Part shown: positions 1 through 7,867 of the stretch, piece by piece
Layout: each line of letters starts with the position of its first letter
Numbering within the stretch: the first letter of the stretch is position 1
DNA from: a virus
Lineage: Duplodnaviria > Caudoviricetes
IMG/VR virus record: IMGVR_UViG_3300022173_000069
Location: 1 to 46,555 of that record
DNA length: 46,555 nt
Strand: one strand, 5' to 3'
Notes under the pieces: generated by a model
The model's input: the letters and a program-made list of their open reading frames with translations, nothing else
Told to the model about the DNA's origin: nothing
Databases searched by the model: none
Position numbers and translations under genes: made by a program

Positions 1-359
1 ACTCCCCACGCCTCGATGTAGGTGATGAGGTCGGCCATCTCGGCGACGCTCATTTCCGACGTGTGGAGCCCGAGGATCATGAACCCGCCCTCTAGGCCAG
101 GGACGGCTTCCACCTGCCCCTGAGCGGCCCTGTAGGCCCCTGAGAAGAGGTCTTTCCACTGGGAGGGCGTGCGCGCCTTGCCGGCCCACTCAGCTTGCTC
201 GGAAACCTCCGTCAGCATCGCCCAGAGTTTGCTATTTTGATCCAGGGTCCGCTTGGGCGCCTTGATCTCCACCCGCCAGCCCTTGGTCAGCCGCATCACG
301 GCCCGCATGGCGCGCTGTCGGTCGGTAGGGCTCCACAGGACGAACGTCGAACGGTCCAT
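1..359 (-). CDS. ninB: NinB/Orf-family recombination protein (3' end outside the window)
   Basis: Manual translation: MDRSTFVLW...KRTLDQNSKLWAMLTEVSEQ...WKDLF...VPGLEGGFMILGLHTSEMSVAEMADLITYIEAWG, which carries the typical NinB motifs. Confidence 0.85.
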   Translation of the reverse strand, partial: MDRSTFVLWSPTDRQRAMRAVMRLTKGWRVEIKAPKRTLDQNSKLWAMLTEVSEQAEWAGKARTPSQWKDLFSGAYRAAQGQVEAVPGLEGGFMILGLHTSEMSVAEMADLITYIEAWG

Positions 360-472
360 CAGATCGCTCCTTCAGCGGGTAAGCGGTCGCCCCCGGGAAA
401 GACGCGCTTGACCTCACGGGCGAAGTCGCGCGCCTCTTCAAGGGTCAGGTCGGGGGAGGCGGGGTGAGCCAT
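359..472 (-). CDS. Small hypothetical protein (37 aa)
   Basis: MAHPASPDLTLEEARDFAREVKRVFPG; coupled by TGATG overlaps at both ends. Confidence 0.5.
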   Translation of the reverse strand: MAHPASPDLTLEEARDFAREVKRVFPGGDRLPAEGAI

Positions 473-1227
473 CAGGCCAACTCGGCTTTCCGCTCGGCGA
501 TCAGCTCGTTGAAGAACGTTCGGGTGACCTCCGGAAGGTCGTCGCTGTCGAGTTGGGCCTTGTTCTCGCGCTTGAGGCGGTCCACGTCTGCGGCGGTCGG
601 CGCATTCTCCAGCGCGGCCTTGAAGGCGGCGGCCCATTGCTGGATTGCAGCGCGGCGCTCGTCCTGCGCCTTGGCGAGATCGCGCCGACTGCCGGCGTCC
701 TCCGTGCGGTGCTCGACCTTGTCCTCTTCCTCCTTGGCGTCGTCTCGGTCGGTGATGAGGAAGCGCTTCTTCAGCATCTCCTTCAGCGCGTTCGTGCCGG
801 CCTTGGAGAAGCCCTTATCGCCGTCGTCGGTCCCAGCGCCCGCCCAACGGACCACGCGGCGGTCCTGGGGGTCGTCCAGGCTCTCGAACTCGAAGTCCAC
901 CAGCACGTCGCATCGGTTGCCCGTGTAGGATCGCTCGAAGAGGTTCGGCGTCATGTCCACGCGGTACTTCTCGAAGAGAGGACGCAACTCCGACAGCACG
1001 GCCTCGACGGTGTGGCCTCTGATCGTGAACTCGACCCCGGCCTTGGATTTCATCTTGATGTTGTCCTTGCCGATCCCGTAGGACTCGGCGCGGATCGCAG
1101 CCATGCGCTCGGCCAGGCTCCATTCGGTTATCGGCCGACGCGGGAGGGCGCCTTCGTTGGCAGCAGCGGGCTCATCGCCTTCAGAAACTCCCACTCGCGC
1201 TCGGGTATCGGTCGCCGTGCTAGCCAT
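472..1227 (-). CDS. erf: ERF-superfamily ssDNA-annealing protein
   Basis: ERF signature GAGTDDGDKGFSKAGTNALKEMLKKRFLI; GGAGG RBS before the ATG at 1227. Confidence 0.8.
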   Translation of the reverse strand: MASTATDTRARVGVSEGDEPAAANEGALPRRPITEWSLAERMAAIRAESYGIGKDNIKMKSKAGVEFTIRGHTVEAVLSELRPLFEKYRVDMTPNLFERSYTGNRCDVLVDFEFESLDDPQDRRVVRWAGAGTDDGDKGFSKAGTNALKEMLKKRFLITDRDDAKEEEDKVEHRTEDAGSRRDLAKAQDERRAAIQQWAAAFKAALENAPTAADVDRLKRENKAQLDSDDLPEVTRTFFNELIAERKAELA

Positions 1228-1499
1228 GTCCAAGTCCTCCAAGGGTCTACGCGAACGCCGTCGACTTCAGCGCAGCAGCGCTCGTCGGACAGCAGCTCGC
1301 CGGTTTCGGGGTCGAGTTCGCCGGGTTCCCACCAGATGCGGGCCGGCACGAACGGGCCTTTGACCCACTCGCCGTATCGGAACTTCCGGACAGCGAAGAA
1401 CCCAGCTTGGGGCTCGCCATCATGGATGGGCGGGTCCAGGCCATTAACCGCGGCCTCCCACCAGGCCCACTTCTGAGCGAGCGTCGAGGGCTGGCGCAT
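1128..1499 (-). CDS. Conserved phage hypothetical protein
   Basis: Trp-rich ORF WWEAAVNG..IHDGEPQAGFF..GPFVPARIWW, in the operon orientation. Confidence 0.65.
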   Translation of the reverse strand: MRQPSTLAQKWAWWEAAVNGLDPPIHDGEPQAGFFAVRKFRYGEWVKGPFVPARIWWEPGELDPETGELLSDERCCAEVDGVRVDPWRTWTWLARRPIPEREWEFLKAMSPLLPTKAPSRVGR

Positions 1500-1776
1500 C
1501 GATCAAATCCTCTGCGGGGTATGCTTCGGCCATAGCCTCGCGAAGCTCTGCAGCGAGGCGGCCAGCGGCGGCGTGAAACCAGTCGGACTTGTCCTTGGCG
1601 TCGGCCTCGAACAGCCGCAGCAGTTCCTCGGCGCTCTCCGGCAGGACGAACACGCCCCGGCGGAAGATGGCGCCGTTCCTGGCGGTGAAGACGCGCTCTG
1701 CCGCAGATGGCGGGGCTTCGGGGGCAGCGCGGGGAGGGACCCGCGTCGCTCCATGGCTGGCTCCGGGCTGATTCAT
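1444..1776 (-). CDS. Hypothetical protein
   Basis: ORF with GAGG RBS; begins inside a type-A repeat. Confidence 0.5.
   Translation of the reverse strand: MNQPGASHGATRVPPRAAPEAPPSAAERVFTARNGAIFRRGVFVLPESAEELLRLFEADAKDKSDWFHAAAGRLAAELREAMAEAYPAEDLIDAPALDARSEVGLVGGRG
1728..1770 (-). repeat. Junction repeat type A (copy A1)
   Basis: Sense strand CCCGGAGCCAGCC followed by a CGCGGG/CCCGCG hairpin. Confidence 0.55.
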
Positions 1777-2024
1777 GGCGTCCTCACAAGGGCGAGACGG
1801 GGTGTGTAGACGGGCCTGCGAACCTCAGTCCGGATGACCTCTTCCACCTTCAGTCCGGAGAAGAGTTCGGCGTTGTCTCGCGCGAACTTGCGGGCGAGCT
1901 TCAGGTCCGACGAGGTGTAGAGAAGGACACCGCGAGCGTTCGTGACCTCGAAGTCGGGGCAAGAAGGCTCGGCGTCTGCGACCGCGCCCCTATGCGCGGA
2001 GAAGGGCTGGTTCTGGGGTGCCAT
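1773..2024 (-). CDS. Hypothetical protein
   Basis: MAPQNQPF...; GAGGG RBS; coupled to the next gene. Confidence 0.55.
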   Translation of the reverse strand: MAPQNQPFSAHRGAVADAEPSCPDFEVTNARGVLLYTSSDLKLARKFARDNAELFSGLKVEEVIRTEVRRPVYTPRLALVRTP

Positions 2025-2025
2025 A

Positions 2026-2256
2026 TTACCGCTCCCCTCCCTCATTAAGAGCGGCTCTGCCGGCGTCCACTTCGGCTTGGGCGATGGCCTGGGCGGCTTC
2101 TTGGGCGGCGCTCTGCATGGCGCGCGACGGCTGCGTGAAGCCGGCTCGCGCAAGGATGGCTCCGGCGTCGGACAGGTTGTTCGCGGCCCGCTCGACGTAC
2201 CGCTTGGCGGCGCGGACCTCGTGCTCGGCCTGGGTCAGCTTCGTCTTCCCGTTCAT
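2026..2256 (-). CDS. Hypothetical helical protein
   Basis: 76-aa ORF with ATGA overlap. Confidence 0.6.
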   Translation of the reverse strand: MNGKTKLTQAEHEVRAAKRYVERAANNLSDAGAILARAGFTQPSRAMQSAAQEAAQAIAQAEVDAGRAALNEGGER

Positions 2257-2759
2257 TGTCCGGGTTCCTTGGAAGAGGAATTTTGGTTATCCCGGGACCC
2301 CGCCCGTTCGACCTGAGGGGCTCGCGGTTGGGAGGCTGAGCGAGCGCGCAGGAACGCCGCGCAGAGGGCGAGGGCGGGAGCATTGCCCGGGTGGACGACG
2401 GAGTGGCCGCCAGAGCCGCCCGGCGGCGTCAGGACCGCATAGGAACATCCGCTGTCGCCGTGCAGCGGGTTGAACAGCGTCAACCACTCCCACCCCGGCA
2501 GCTCCCGCTCCACCAGGGCCAGGATGGCGTCTAGGGAGGTGGTGTAGGCGACAATGTGACTGGCGAGCTTGCCCGCGCGCGCGGCCTCGGGCGTCTCGTC
2601 AGGAAACACGTATCCGCTTTGCCGGCGGCGCGCGTCAGTCAATCGGAAGATCGCCGCGTCCAGCTCCCGGCTTCCCGCTTCCGCCTTCTCCAGCTTGGCG
2701 ATGAGGTCCGCAGTCCGACCAACGGGAGTGCTTGCACTCTCAGCAACGGACGAACCCAT
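2253..2759 (-). CDS. Phage hypothetical protein, paralogue of 45814..46365
   Basis: DLIAKLEKAEAGSRELDAAI...YTTSLDAILALVERELPG...ALALCAAFLRA, shared with the paralogue. Confidence 0.7.
   Translation of the reverse strand: MGSSVAESASTPVGRTADLIAKLEKAEAGSRELDAAIFRLTDARRRQSGYVFPDETPEAARAGKLASHIVAYTTSLDAILALVERELPGWEWLTLFNPLHGDSGCSYAVLTPPGGSGGHSVVHPGNAPALALCAAFLRARSASQPRAPQVERAGSRDNQNSSSKEPGQ
2285..2330 (-). repeat. Junction repeat type C (copy C1)
   Basis: Sense strand CAACCGCGAGCCCC...GGGG..CCGGGATAACC. Confidence 0.75.
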
Positions 2760-2775
2760 TCCTTCTCCTCCCTCA
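2708..2775 (-). repeat. Junction repeat type B (copy B1)
   Basis: Sense strand GAGGGAGGAGAAGGAATGGGTTCGTCCGTTGCTGAGAG..GGACTGCGG. Bases 2737-2760 match 45262-45285 at 23/24 positions. Confidence 0.8.
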
Positions 2776-2964
2776 GTCATGGCTAGACACCTGAAGGAGC
2801 GCCGGAAGCTCCAGCAGCCCAAGGGCGACTGTCTCTGGGGTCATCGGGTCGGAGAGCTTGGACACCCACCCCCAATCACCACAGACGCAGCGGATGATGG
2901 CGGGCTCTCGGTCCAGCAGGCAGGCCTGGCCGGCGGTCCACGTATTGATCGTCTGGTCAGGCAT
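2773..2964 (-). CDS. Hypothetical protein
   Basis: 63-aa ORF with AGGAGG RBS. Confidence 0.55.
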   Translation of the reverse strand: MPDQTINTWTAGQACLLDREPAIIRCVCGDWGWVSKLSDPMTPETVALGLLELPALLQVSSHD

Positions 2965-3112
2965 GGGGCTTAGCCTCCTGGGTGAGGGCGGGAGGGCGGG
3001 GCTCTTCCCAAAGCGAATCCCAGTCGCGCCATACGCGGGCTTGCCGTTCGATCTCGGCCGTTGCGGTGGCGTCGCGAGGTGGCCGCTTCGTCTCGCTCTT
3101 CTCGTCAGACAT
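2957..3112 (-). CDS. Hypothetical protein (51 aa)
   Basis: MSDEKSETK...; AGGAGG RBS. Confidence 0.5.
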   Translation of the reverse strand: MSDEKSETKRPPRDATATAEIERQARVWRDWDSLWEEPRPPALTQEAKPHA

Positions 3113-3647
3113 CTGTCTGAGCCTCCTGGTTGGAATTGGGTTCGTCCCGGGAGCTTTCCCCGTCGTTCTGCGGGCCTCGCGGCTGGAACGTCGACGCGGC
3201 TGCGCAGAGCGCCTCGAACTTGGCAACTGGGATCAGGACGTGACCGGGGTGGTGCGCCTCGCTGGTCATGTAGTCGTCGGCGATGCCGGCCAGTGCTTCG
3301 TGCAAGAGGTGATCAGCGGTCGGGCAGGCGCACGCTCCTGGCAGGGGGCAGCCCATCGGCTCGCGGACTTCACCGCGCTCCTGATAGCGCTCAGCCATCG
3401 TGAGCAGCGCCGCGACAGTTTCGGCCCCCTCGTCACCAACCACGTCGGTGACAGTGCAGACCTTGAAGCCGAGGCTGATCGTCTTCTTGCCGGCCTCGCG
3501 GGCGATCTCTACCGGACGCTTCCAAACATCGGAGCCCTTGGCGTAGTAGAGCGCGCCATCTCCAGCGAAGTATTGATCCTCAGTCCGAGCGCCAGCGAGC
3601 GGTGGCAATCCACCAACGGATGTCCCCTTAAACCCTTGATCACCCAT
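3105..3647 (-). CDS. Hypothetical protein, possibly a two-module fusion
   Basis: AGGAGG RBS; begins in repeat B2 and ends in repeat C2. Confidence 0.6.
   Translation of the reverse strand: MGDQGFKGTSVGGLPPLAGARTEDQYFAGDGALYYAKGSDVWKRPVEIAREAGKKTISLGFKVCTVTDVVGDEGAETVAALLTMAERYQERGEVREPMGCPLPGACACPTADHLLHEALAGIADDYMTSEAHHPGHVLIPVAKFEALCAAASTFQPRGPQNDGESSRDEPNSNQEAQTDV
3138..3186 (-). repeat. Junction repeat type C (copy C2)
   Basis: Sense strand CCAGCCGCGAGGCCCGCAGAACGACGGGGAAAGCTCCCGGGACGAACCC. Confidence 0.8.
3578..3628 (-). repeat. Junction repeat type B (copy B2)
   Basis: Sense strand GGGGACATCCGTTGGTG-hairpin-CGGACTGAGG. Confidence 0.65.
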
Positions 3648-3936
3648 GATTAGGAGCCTCCTGGGGGTGGGTGAGGGAGGGGCGCTCAAACCTGATCGTG
3701 AAGTCTCGGCGAGACCGCCTGACGATGACCCTGTCGCCGCTCTCGTACTGCCCGACGATCACGCGGGCGGCCCCGTCGTCATCGAACCAGGCGACGCATT
3801 CCGCGAGAGCCGATCCCCGGTGTTCCGACCACGTCCCGAGCATCGACTTGGCGCTGTCGAGGCCCATGGAGCACCGGTCCCACTCCGCTTTCACGCGAGG
3901 CGGCGCATAGCCAGAAGTGTAGAGGCTAGTGGTCAT
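3640..3936 (-). CDS. Hypothetical protein
   Basis: MTTSLYTSG...; AAGGA RBS. Confidence 0.55.
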   Translation of the reverse strand: MTTSLYTSGYAPPRVKAEWDRCSMGLDSAKSMLGTWSEHRGSALAECVAWFDDDGAARVIVGQYESGDRVIVRRSRRDFTIRFERPSLTHPQEAPNHG

Positions 3937-4429
3937 GGCTCTGGTCCTTAGGGGTGAGGGAGGGAGAAGGGGTTCGTCCCGGTGCTCCGGCTTCGCCTTC
4001 GCTCCCAGCGGCATCGCTTCCTCCGGAAGCTGATTGATCAGGAATGCCCATGAAGTCGGACGCCGACAGCGTCGTGGTCGTGTGGCTGGTGACGTAGATC
4101 TGCTCGACGCGGAGGAACTGCAGGCGCGTCAGGTCGGCGGGGCCGGGGACCGGCGAGGTCCAATAGTCTCGCTGGTTTTCATAGCGGGGATAACGCGACG
4201 GCGCGGACTGGTTGATCCAGTCGTGGCAGAGGTTGAGCAGGTGGCGGCGGACGGAGTTCTCCGTCTTCCAGAAGGCCCCGACATCGGACCAGCTGCCCCG
4301 CTGATGCCACGCAAGGGGGCGTCCTGACGGATGGCGTCCGCCATACCAGACCGGATGGTCGCTGCCGCTGATCAGCGCCTTGCCGGTCAGCGTGCAGACG
4401 ATGCGGTAGATCTTGAAGGCGCGGCCCAT
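3926..4429 (-). CDS. Hypothetical protein
   Basis: MGRAFKIYRIVCTLTGK...; its C-terminus is encoded by repeat C3. Confidence 0.6.
   Translation of the reverse strand: MGRAFKIYRIVCTLTGKALISGSDHPVWYGGRHPSGRPLAWHQRGSWSDVGAFWKTENSVRRHLLNLCHDWINQSAPSRYPRYENQRDYWTSPVPGPADLTRLQFLRVEQIYVTSHTTTTLSASDFMGIPDQSASGGSDAAGSEGEAGAPGRTPSPSLTPKDQSHDH
3955..4030 (-). repeat. Junction repeat type C variant (copy C3)
   Basis: Sense strand: three mini-hairpins, then GAGCACCGGGACGAACCCCTTCTCCCTCCCTCA. Confidence 0.7.
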
Positions 4430-4430
4430 G

Positions 4431-4763
4431 TCAGGCGCCCTTTCCATTGAAGTGTTGAGAGTGGGGATCAGTCAGCTCCGAAGGAGCGACGCCGCTAGGC
4501 TGGCTCCGGGAGGCCGTCATCTTTGAAAAGCACTCGACCCGACGCCTCGAAAAGCTGAGAACGCTGTCCGTCCTACTTGCGAACTCATGCCCGCAGAGAA
4601 CCGCTAACCGTGTCAGATCCTCATGGGCTCTATCGGCCATGCGCTCGACATCACGACCGAGCAAAGTGGCGATCCGTTCTGCCGTCTCGTAGCGAGAGAG
4701 GGCTTCGATCAGGGCGAGGTGATCGGCTTCACAGCCTGCGCCGAAGGGCTTGGCGGGGGTCAT
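4431..4763 (-). CDS. Hypothetical protein
   Basis: MTPAKPFGAG...; TGATG coupling. Confidence 0.5.
   Translation of the reverse strand: MTPAKPFGAGCEADHLALIEALSRYETAERIATLLGRDVERMADRAHEDLTRLAVLCGHEFASRTDSVLSFSRRRVECFSKMTASRSQPSGVAPSELTDPHSQHFNGKGA
4471..4515 (-). repeat. Junction repeat type A (copy A2)
   Basis: Sense strand GGCCTCCCGGAGCCAGCC plus a GCTCC-TTC-GGAGC hairpin. Confidence 0.75.
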
Positions 4764-5041
4764 CAGGAAATCCCCCCAGCGAGGCCGCAGAAGCCATTGC
4801 CGATCACTTCCGGGTAGTCCCGATATTGGAACGGAGGATCGCCCGGCATGTCCTGTATCAGCGCGATCTCGCGGGTCTCCGCCTCGCGAGGCTGGGCAAT
4901 CCACCGCCACGCCATGCAGGCAGAGGCGATGCACTTGGCGGGGAAGTCGTCGTCTTGCTCTGACGACCACGGCCACGGGCTGGAGGCATTGAACGTCGAT
5001 GCCTTGGGGCACAGCTTGGTCTTGGCTTCTTCCTCGGTCAT
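4763..5041 (-). CDS. Cys-rich conserved phage protein
   Basis: MTEEEAKTKLCP...CIASACMAWRW...GFCGLAG. Confidence 0.7.
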   Translation of the reverse strand: MTEEEAKTKLCPKASTFNASSPWPWSSEQDDDFPAKCIASACMAWRWIAQPREAETREIALIQDMPGDPPFQYRDYPEVIGNGFCGLAGGIS

Positions 5042-5406
5042 TGGTCTGAACCTGTTGCCTTGGAGATTGCGGCTCGGGCCTGCGCCTGGGCAGCGTTCGC
5101 GCCATCGTCAGTGTTTCCGAACTTTAGACTGACCAGCGAGACGCAGTTGACCAGCGCCTCCAGCAGCTCCGGCGCGGCGGCGATCAGGCGGGCGTTGGCG
5201 TTGATTTCGTCCCAGGTCAGCCGCTTACTCGGAACCGGCATTCGGCAGAGTGACCACGCAACCCAGCCACCGTTTGGTCCGGTGCCGTGCTTGCTGACCG
5301 CAATCGCGTTTCGATCCTCGTCGCGGTAGAGATCCCAAGGCCCTGGCGTGTGCCGGGCAATGGGGCTCTGAGCCGGTGACGGCGAGGGCAGGGGCTGTTC
5401 GGTCAT
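5038..5406 (-). CDS. Conserved phage hypothetical protein
   Basis: HTPGPW...NARLIAAAPELLEAL motif, common in phage early regions. Confidence 0.75.
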   Translation of the reverse strand: MTEQPLPSPSPAQSPIARHTPGPWDLYRDEDRNAIAVSKHGTGPNGGWVAWSLCRMPVPSKRLTWDEINANARLIAAAPELLEALVNCVSLVSLKFGNTDDGANAAQAQARAAISKATGSDQ

Positions 5407-5861
5407 GATTGGCTCCGAGCCAAGCTGCAGGCCTTGCAGTAGCGACGGCCGCGCGCGTGATGGGTGTTCTCCGCATCAAAGGGATGCCCTCGGACGCAGT
5501 GCGTTTTCAGTGAGTTGTGAGGAACGCCAGGAGACCGACCCCTATTGATCTTGCTTGGGACGTACCGGAGGTTCTCGGGGCGGCTGTTCTCGCGGTCGCC
5601 GTCAAGGTGGTCGATATCGGTTCCCGCCGGCTTTGCGCCGTGGAACGCGAGGGCTACTAGCGTGTGAACATAGACCGGCTTCCGAGTGCGGCGATCCGCC
5701 CCCACCTGCTGGACGCGCACCGTGGGGTAGTCTCGATGAACGGACAGCTCGCGACCGTGCGGCCCAATGATCGCGCCGCCTGAGGTGGCGCTAAATCCAG
5801 GCCAGCCCGGAATCGGCCGAACCGTTCCTTCGTCCGCGATGGGTGGGTTCCGGGAGGCCAT
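5403..5861 (-). CDS. HNH endonuclease with C-terminal Zn-binding motif
   Basis: YVHTLVALAFHG..DIDHLDGDRENSRPENLRYV; KTHCVRGHPF..RYCKAC. Confidence 0.85.
   Translation of the reverse strand: MASRNPPIADEGTVRPIPGWPGFSATSGGAIIGPHGRELSVHRDYPTVRVQQVGADRRTRKPVYVHTLVALAFHGAKPAGTDIDHLDGDRENSRPENLRYVPSKINRGRSPGVPHNSLKTHCVRGHPFDAENTHHARGRRYCKACSLARSQS
5837..5859 (-). repeat. Junction repeat type A (copy A3)
   Basis: The 19-mer TCCCGGAACCCACCCATCG is identical to 8315-8333(+) and 41246-41264(-). Confidence 0.85.
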
Positions 5862-6076
5862 CAAACCGACCCCCACTTCCTAAGAACAAGACCCTTATGG
5901 CTCTCCGCCAAAGTGGCCTCGAAGCAGTCCATCGGGCTGAAGAGTTTCCCCTTCAAGTGCTCCGGAACGACGAAGCCCTGGTTCGCTCTGATCCGCTCCA
6001 GCGTCTTTGCGCGAGCGTCATCAGCGATCTTCCGGTCTTCGTCGGAAAGGCGGGGGGTGACTGCGTCGAAGGCCAT
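5861..6076 (-). CDS. Hypothetical protein
   Basis: 71-aa ORF with GAGGA RBS. Confidence 0.6.
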   Translation of the reverse strand: MAFDAVTPRLSDEDRKIADDARAKTLERIRANQGFVVPEHLKGKLFSPMDCFEATLAESHKGLVLRKWGSV

Positions 6077-6118
6077 GTGCCTGTCCTCGTAGATGGGCTG
6101 ATAGAGGCTTGGCGGGGG

Positions 6119-6298
6119 TTAGGCGGCTACCGAGAGGCAATTCGAGTAGTCGACGCCCCTGCGCTCCAGCTCGCGCTTCGACCAGACGACCTCGGCGGCG
6201 AACCGGCCGTTCGGGTTCGTGGTAGCGATGATGGACTTCAGCGCGCGGTCGCTCGCGGCGACGATTTGCTCGCGGGTCATGTGGGCGGAGGTGGTCAT
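6119..6298 (-). CDS. First gene of the PL operon, hypothetical
   Basis: MTTSAHMTREQIV...; GAGGA RBS downstream of PL. Confidence 0.55.
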   Translation of the reverse strand: MTTSAHMTREQIVAASDRALKSIIATTNPNGRFAAEVVWSKRELERRGVDYSNCLSVAA

Positions 6299-6332
6299 CT
6301 GGCGTTCCTCACCGGTGTGTTCCGATGACCAG

Positions 6333-6383
6333 ACGTTACGATGGGTAACGCGCCAGCACAAGCGAAAATCACCACGGGTAACG
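6333..6383 (-). promoter_or_regulatory. PL-like promoter with two operators
   Basis: Minus strand TTGTGC-N17-TAACGT. Operators CGTTACGATGGGTAACG (6334-6350) and AATCACCACGGGTAACG (6367-6383). Confidence 0.75.
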
Positions 6384-6427
6384 CAAAAAGATGCGCGAAA
6401 GCGGTAGATTCCTTGCCGCTTAAGGGT

Positions 6428-6790
6428 TCAGCCGGTTTTGAGAAGCTTCTCGATTGCGTCGGCGACTGCAGCTCGGCGATCTGCCGGGGCTTCATCATAG
6501 GCGCGCAGCACGCGCTCGCGGTTCTCGTCCGGATCTAGCCAAGGCGCACCCTCGCCAAGCAATAGCCATTCCCAGCGAACGCCGAGGCGCTTGGCGAAGT
6601 GAGCTGCGTTCTGGTGATCTAGGGGAATGTGCTTAGACGACGTGGGTTGGCGCTCATAGGCCCGATAGGTGCCGGCCTTCACGCCGAGCGCCGTCGCGGC
6701 CTCTTCGCCATTGCCGAACTTCTGGCGCCTGGCCCACTTGAGCCGGTCCCAGGTCCCTTCGGTGTTGCGCCAACCATCGTCTCTGGCCAT
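6428..6790 (-). CDS. cI: CI-like XRE-family HTH repressor (120 aa, no peptidase domain)
   Basis: DRLKWARRQK..AATALGVKAGTYRAYER..FAKRLGVRWEWLLLGEG; divergent from cro and flanked by operators. Confidence 0.8.
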   Translation of the reverse strand: MARDDGWRNTEGTWDRLKWARRQKFGNGEEAATALGVKAGTYRAYERQPTSSKHIPLDHQNAAHFAKRLGVRWEWLLLGEGAPWLDPDENRERVLRAYDEAPADRRAAVADAIEKLLKTG

Positions 6791-6796
6791 GCGGCG

Positions 6797-6866
6797 TACG
6801 CTACTAACAGTGACGTTACCACGAGTGCCAAAGTGCTTGTGAGCCCGAATTACCCGTGGTAACGTC
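6797..6866. promoter_or_regulatory. PR/PRM region with two operators
   Basis: Plus strand TTGTGA-N17-TAACGT, 7 nt before the cro ATG. Operators at 6814-6830 and 6848-6864 (AATTACCCGTGGTAACG). Minus strand TAGCGT 7 nt before the cI ATG. Confidence 0.75.
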
Positions 6867-6872
6867 GGGTTC

Positions 6873-7091
6873 ATGATCCAAACCGCCAGTCAGTTCATCG
6901 AGGCCAAGGGGATTTCCGAGGTCGCGCGCGCCACCGGGAGAACCGAGGGCGCCGTTCGCGTGTGGAAGCACCGCAACCGCTTTCCGCGTGAGGCGTGGCT
7001 GGAGATCAACAAGGCATATCCCGAGATGACCCTGGACGTGCTGCGCAAGATCGAGCCGCCGCGGAAGTCCCGCGAAGCTCGGGCGGCCTGA
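6873..7091 (+). CDS. cro: Cro-like HTH protein
   Basis: IEAKGISEVARATGRTEGAVRVWKHRNRFP; position divergent from cI. Confidence 0.8.
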   Translation: MIQTASQFIEAKGISEVARATGRTEGAVRVWKHRNRFPREAWLEINKAYPEMTLDVLRKIEPPRKSREARAA

Positions 7092-7092
7092 C

Positions 7093-7458
7093 TTAAGTGG
7101 CCCGGTCCCTCCGCCTTACCTTGAGCAGCTTCTCCGACCGCGGCGGCGCATGGTTCCCATTGATCAGCGCCAGGAACGGCCTGAGCTGCGCCCTGAGCCA
7201 TAAGACGGCCCTGTGGTGCTCTCGGCTCTCCAGGGCGTGGGTTGACGCCGAGCGATGCGGCAGGAGCCGTGAGTACGAGTCCTCGCTCGCCAGCGTTCGT
7301 GACATGTACGCCAGATGCGCTTCGGCCCTCTCTGGGTCCATGGTCGCCAAGGTTGCTGCGATGTGTGCTCGCAGGATGTGGTCTGTCCACGTCTCGCGCG
7401 GCAATTCTTCGTCCACCAACGTGGTGTCGGATTCCGGTTCGGGCACTGTCTTCCCCAC
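7093..7458 (-). CDS. Hypothetical protein antisense to the PR operon (start uncertain)
   Basis: Protein-like helical ORF convergent with cro; a GAAC-N7-GTAC box lies upstream. Confidence 0.45.
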   Translation of the reverse strand: MGKTVPEPESDTTLVDEELPRETWTDHILRAHIAATLATMDPERAEAHLAYMSRTLASEDSYSRLLPHRSASTHALESREHHRAVLWLRAQLRPFLALINGNHAPPRSEKLLKVRRRDRAT

Positions 7459-7867
7459 AGCCTTGCCCCTCGACCAAACAGCCAAGCACGACCTTGGGTC
7501 GGAGTTCAAGCGTTATGCTCGGACTCCGACATATGGCGCCAGGACCACCTGAGATGGCGCGTGGACTAATCCCATTTTGGAACATCGACCGTACTCCAGT
7601 CGGTCGGTCAGCGCTGGTTCCCGACCAGCGCGGGGGAGGCGGCTTGCCCCGCCGTCTCTCCACCTATCCCGAGCGCCCCGGCCAAGTATTTCAGACCAGC
7701 CTTCCCCAAGGCGGATCTGATGCAGGGGTCGCTCTCTCTGACCGCCCGGAGAAGGCATCTCTCGGCGGCCTCGAACTGTCCGTAGTTCCAACCCGTAGCC
7801 CGTCCACCAACCTCCATCGTCGTGAGCCCCGTGTGCTGGCGACCATCTGCCGCCGTCAGGTGTCAAC

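Noticed and set aside
1821-1839. GGTCATCCGGACTGAGG as a collapsed type-B repeat
   Set aside because: It is mid-gene, short and lacks the hairpin, so it could be chance.
3578-3628. Hammerhead or HDV-like ribozyme in the junction repeats
   Set aside because: CTGAGGA appears in only one copy and the other core elements are not conserved.
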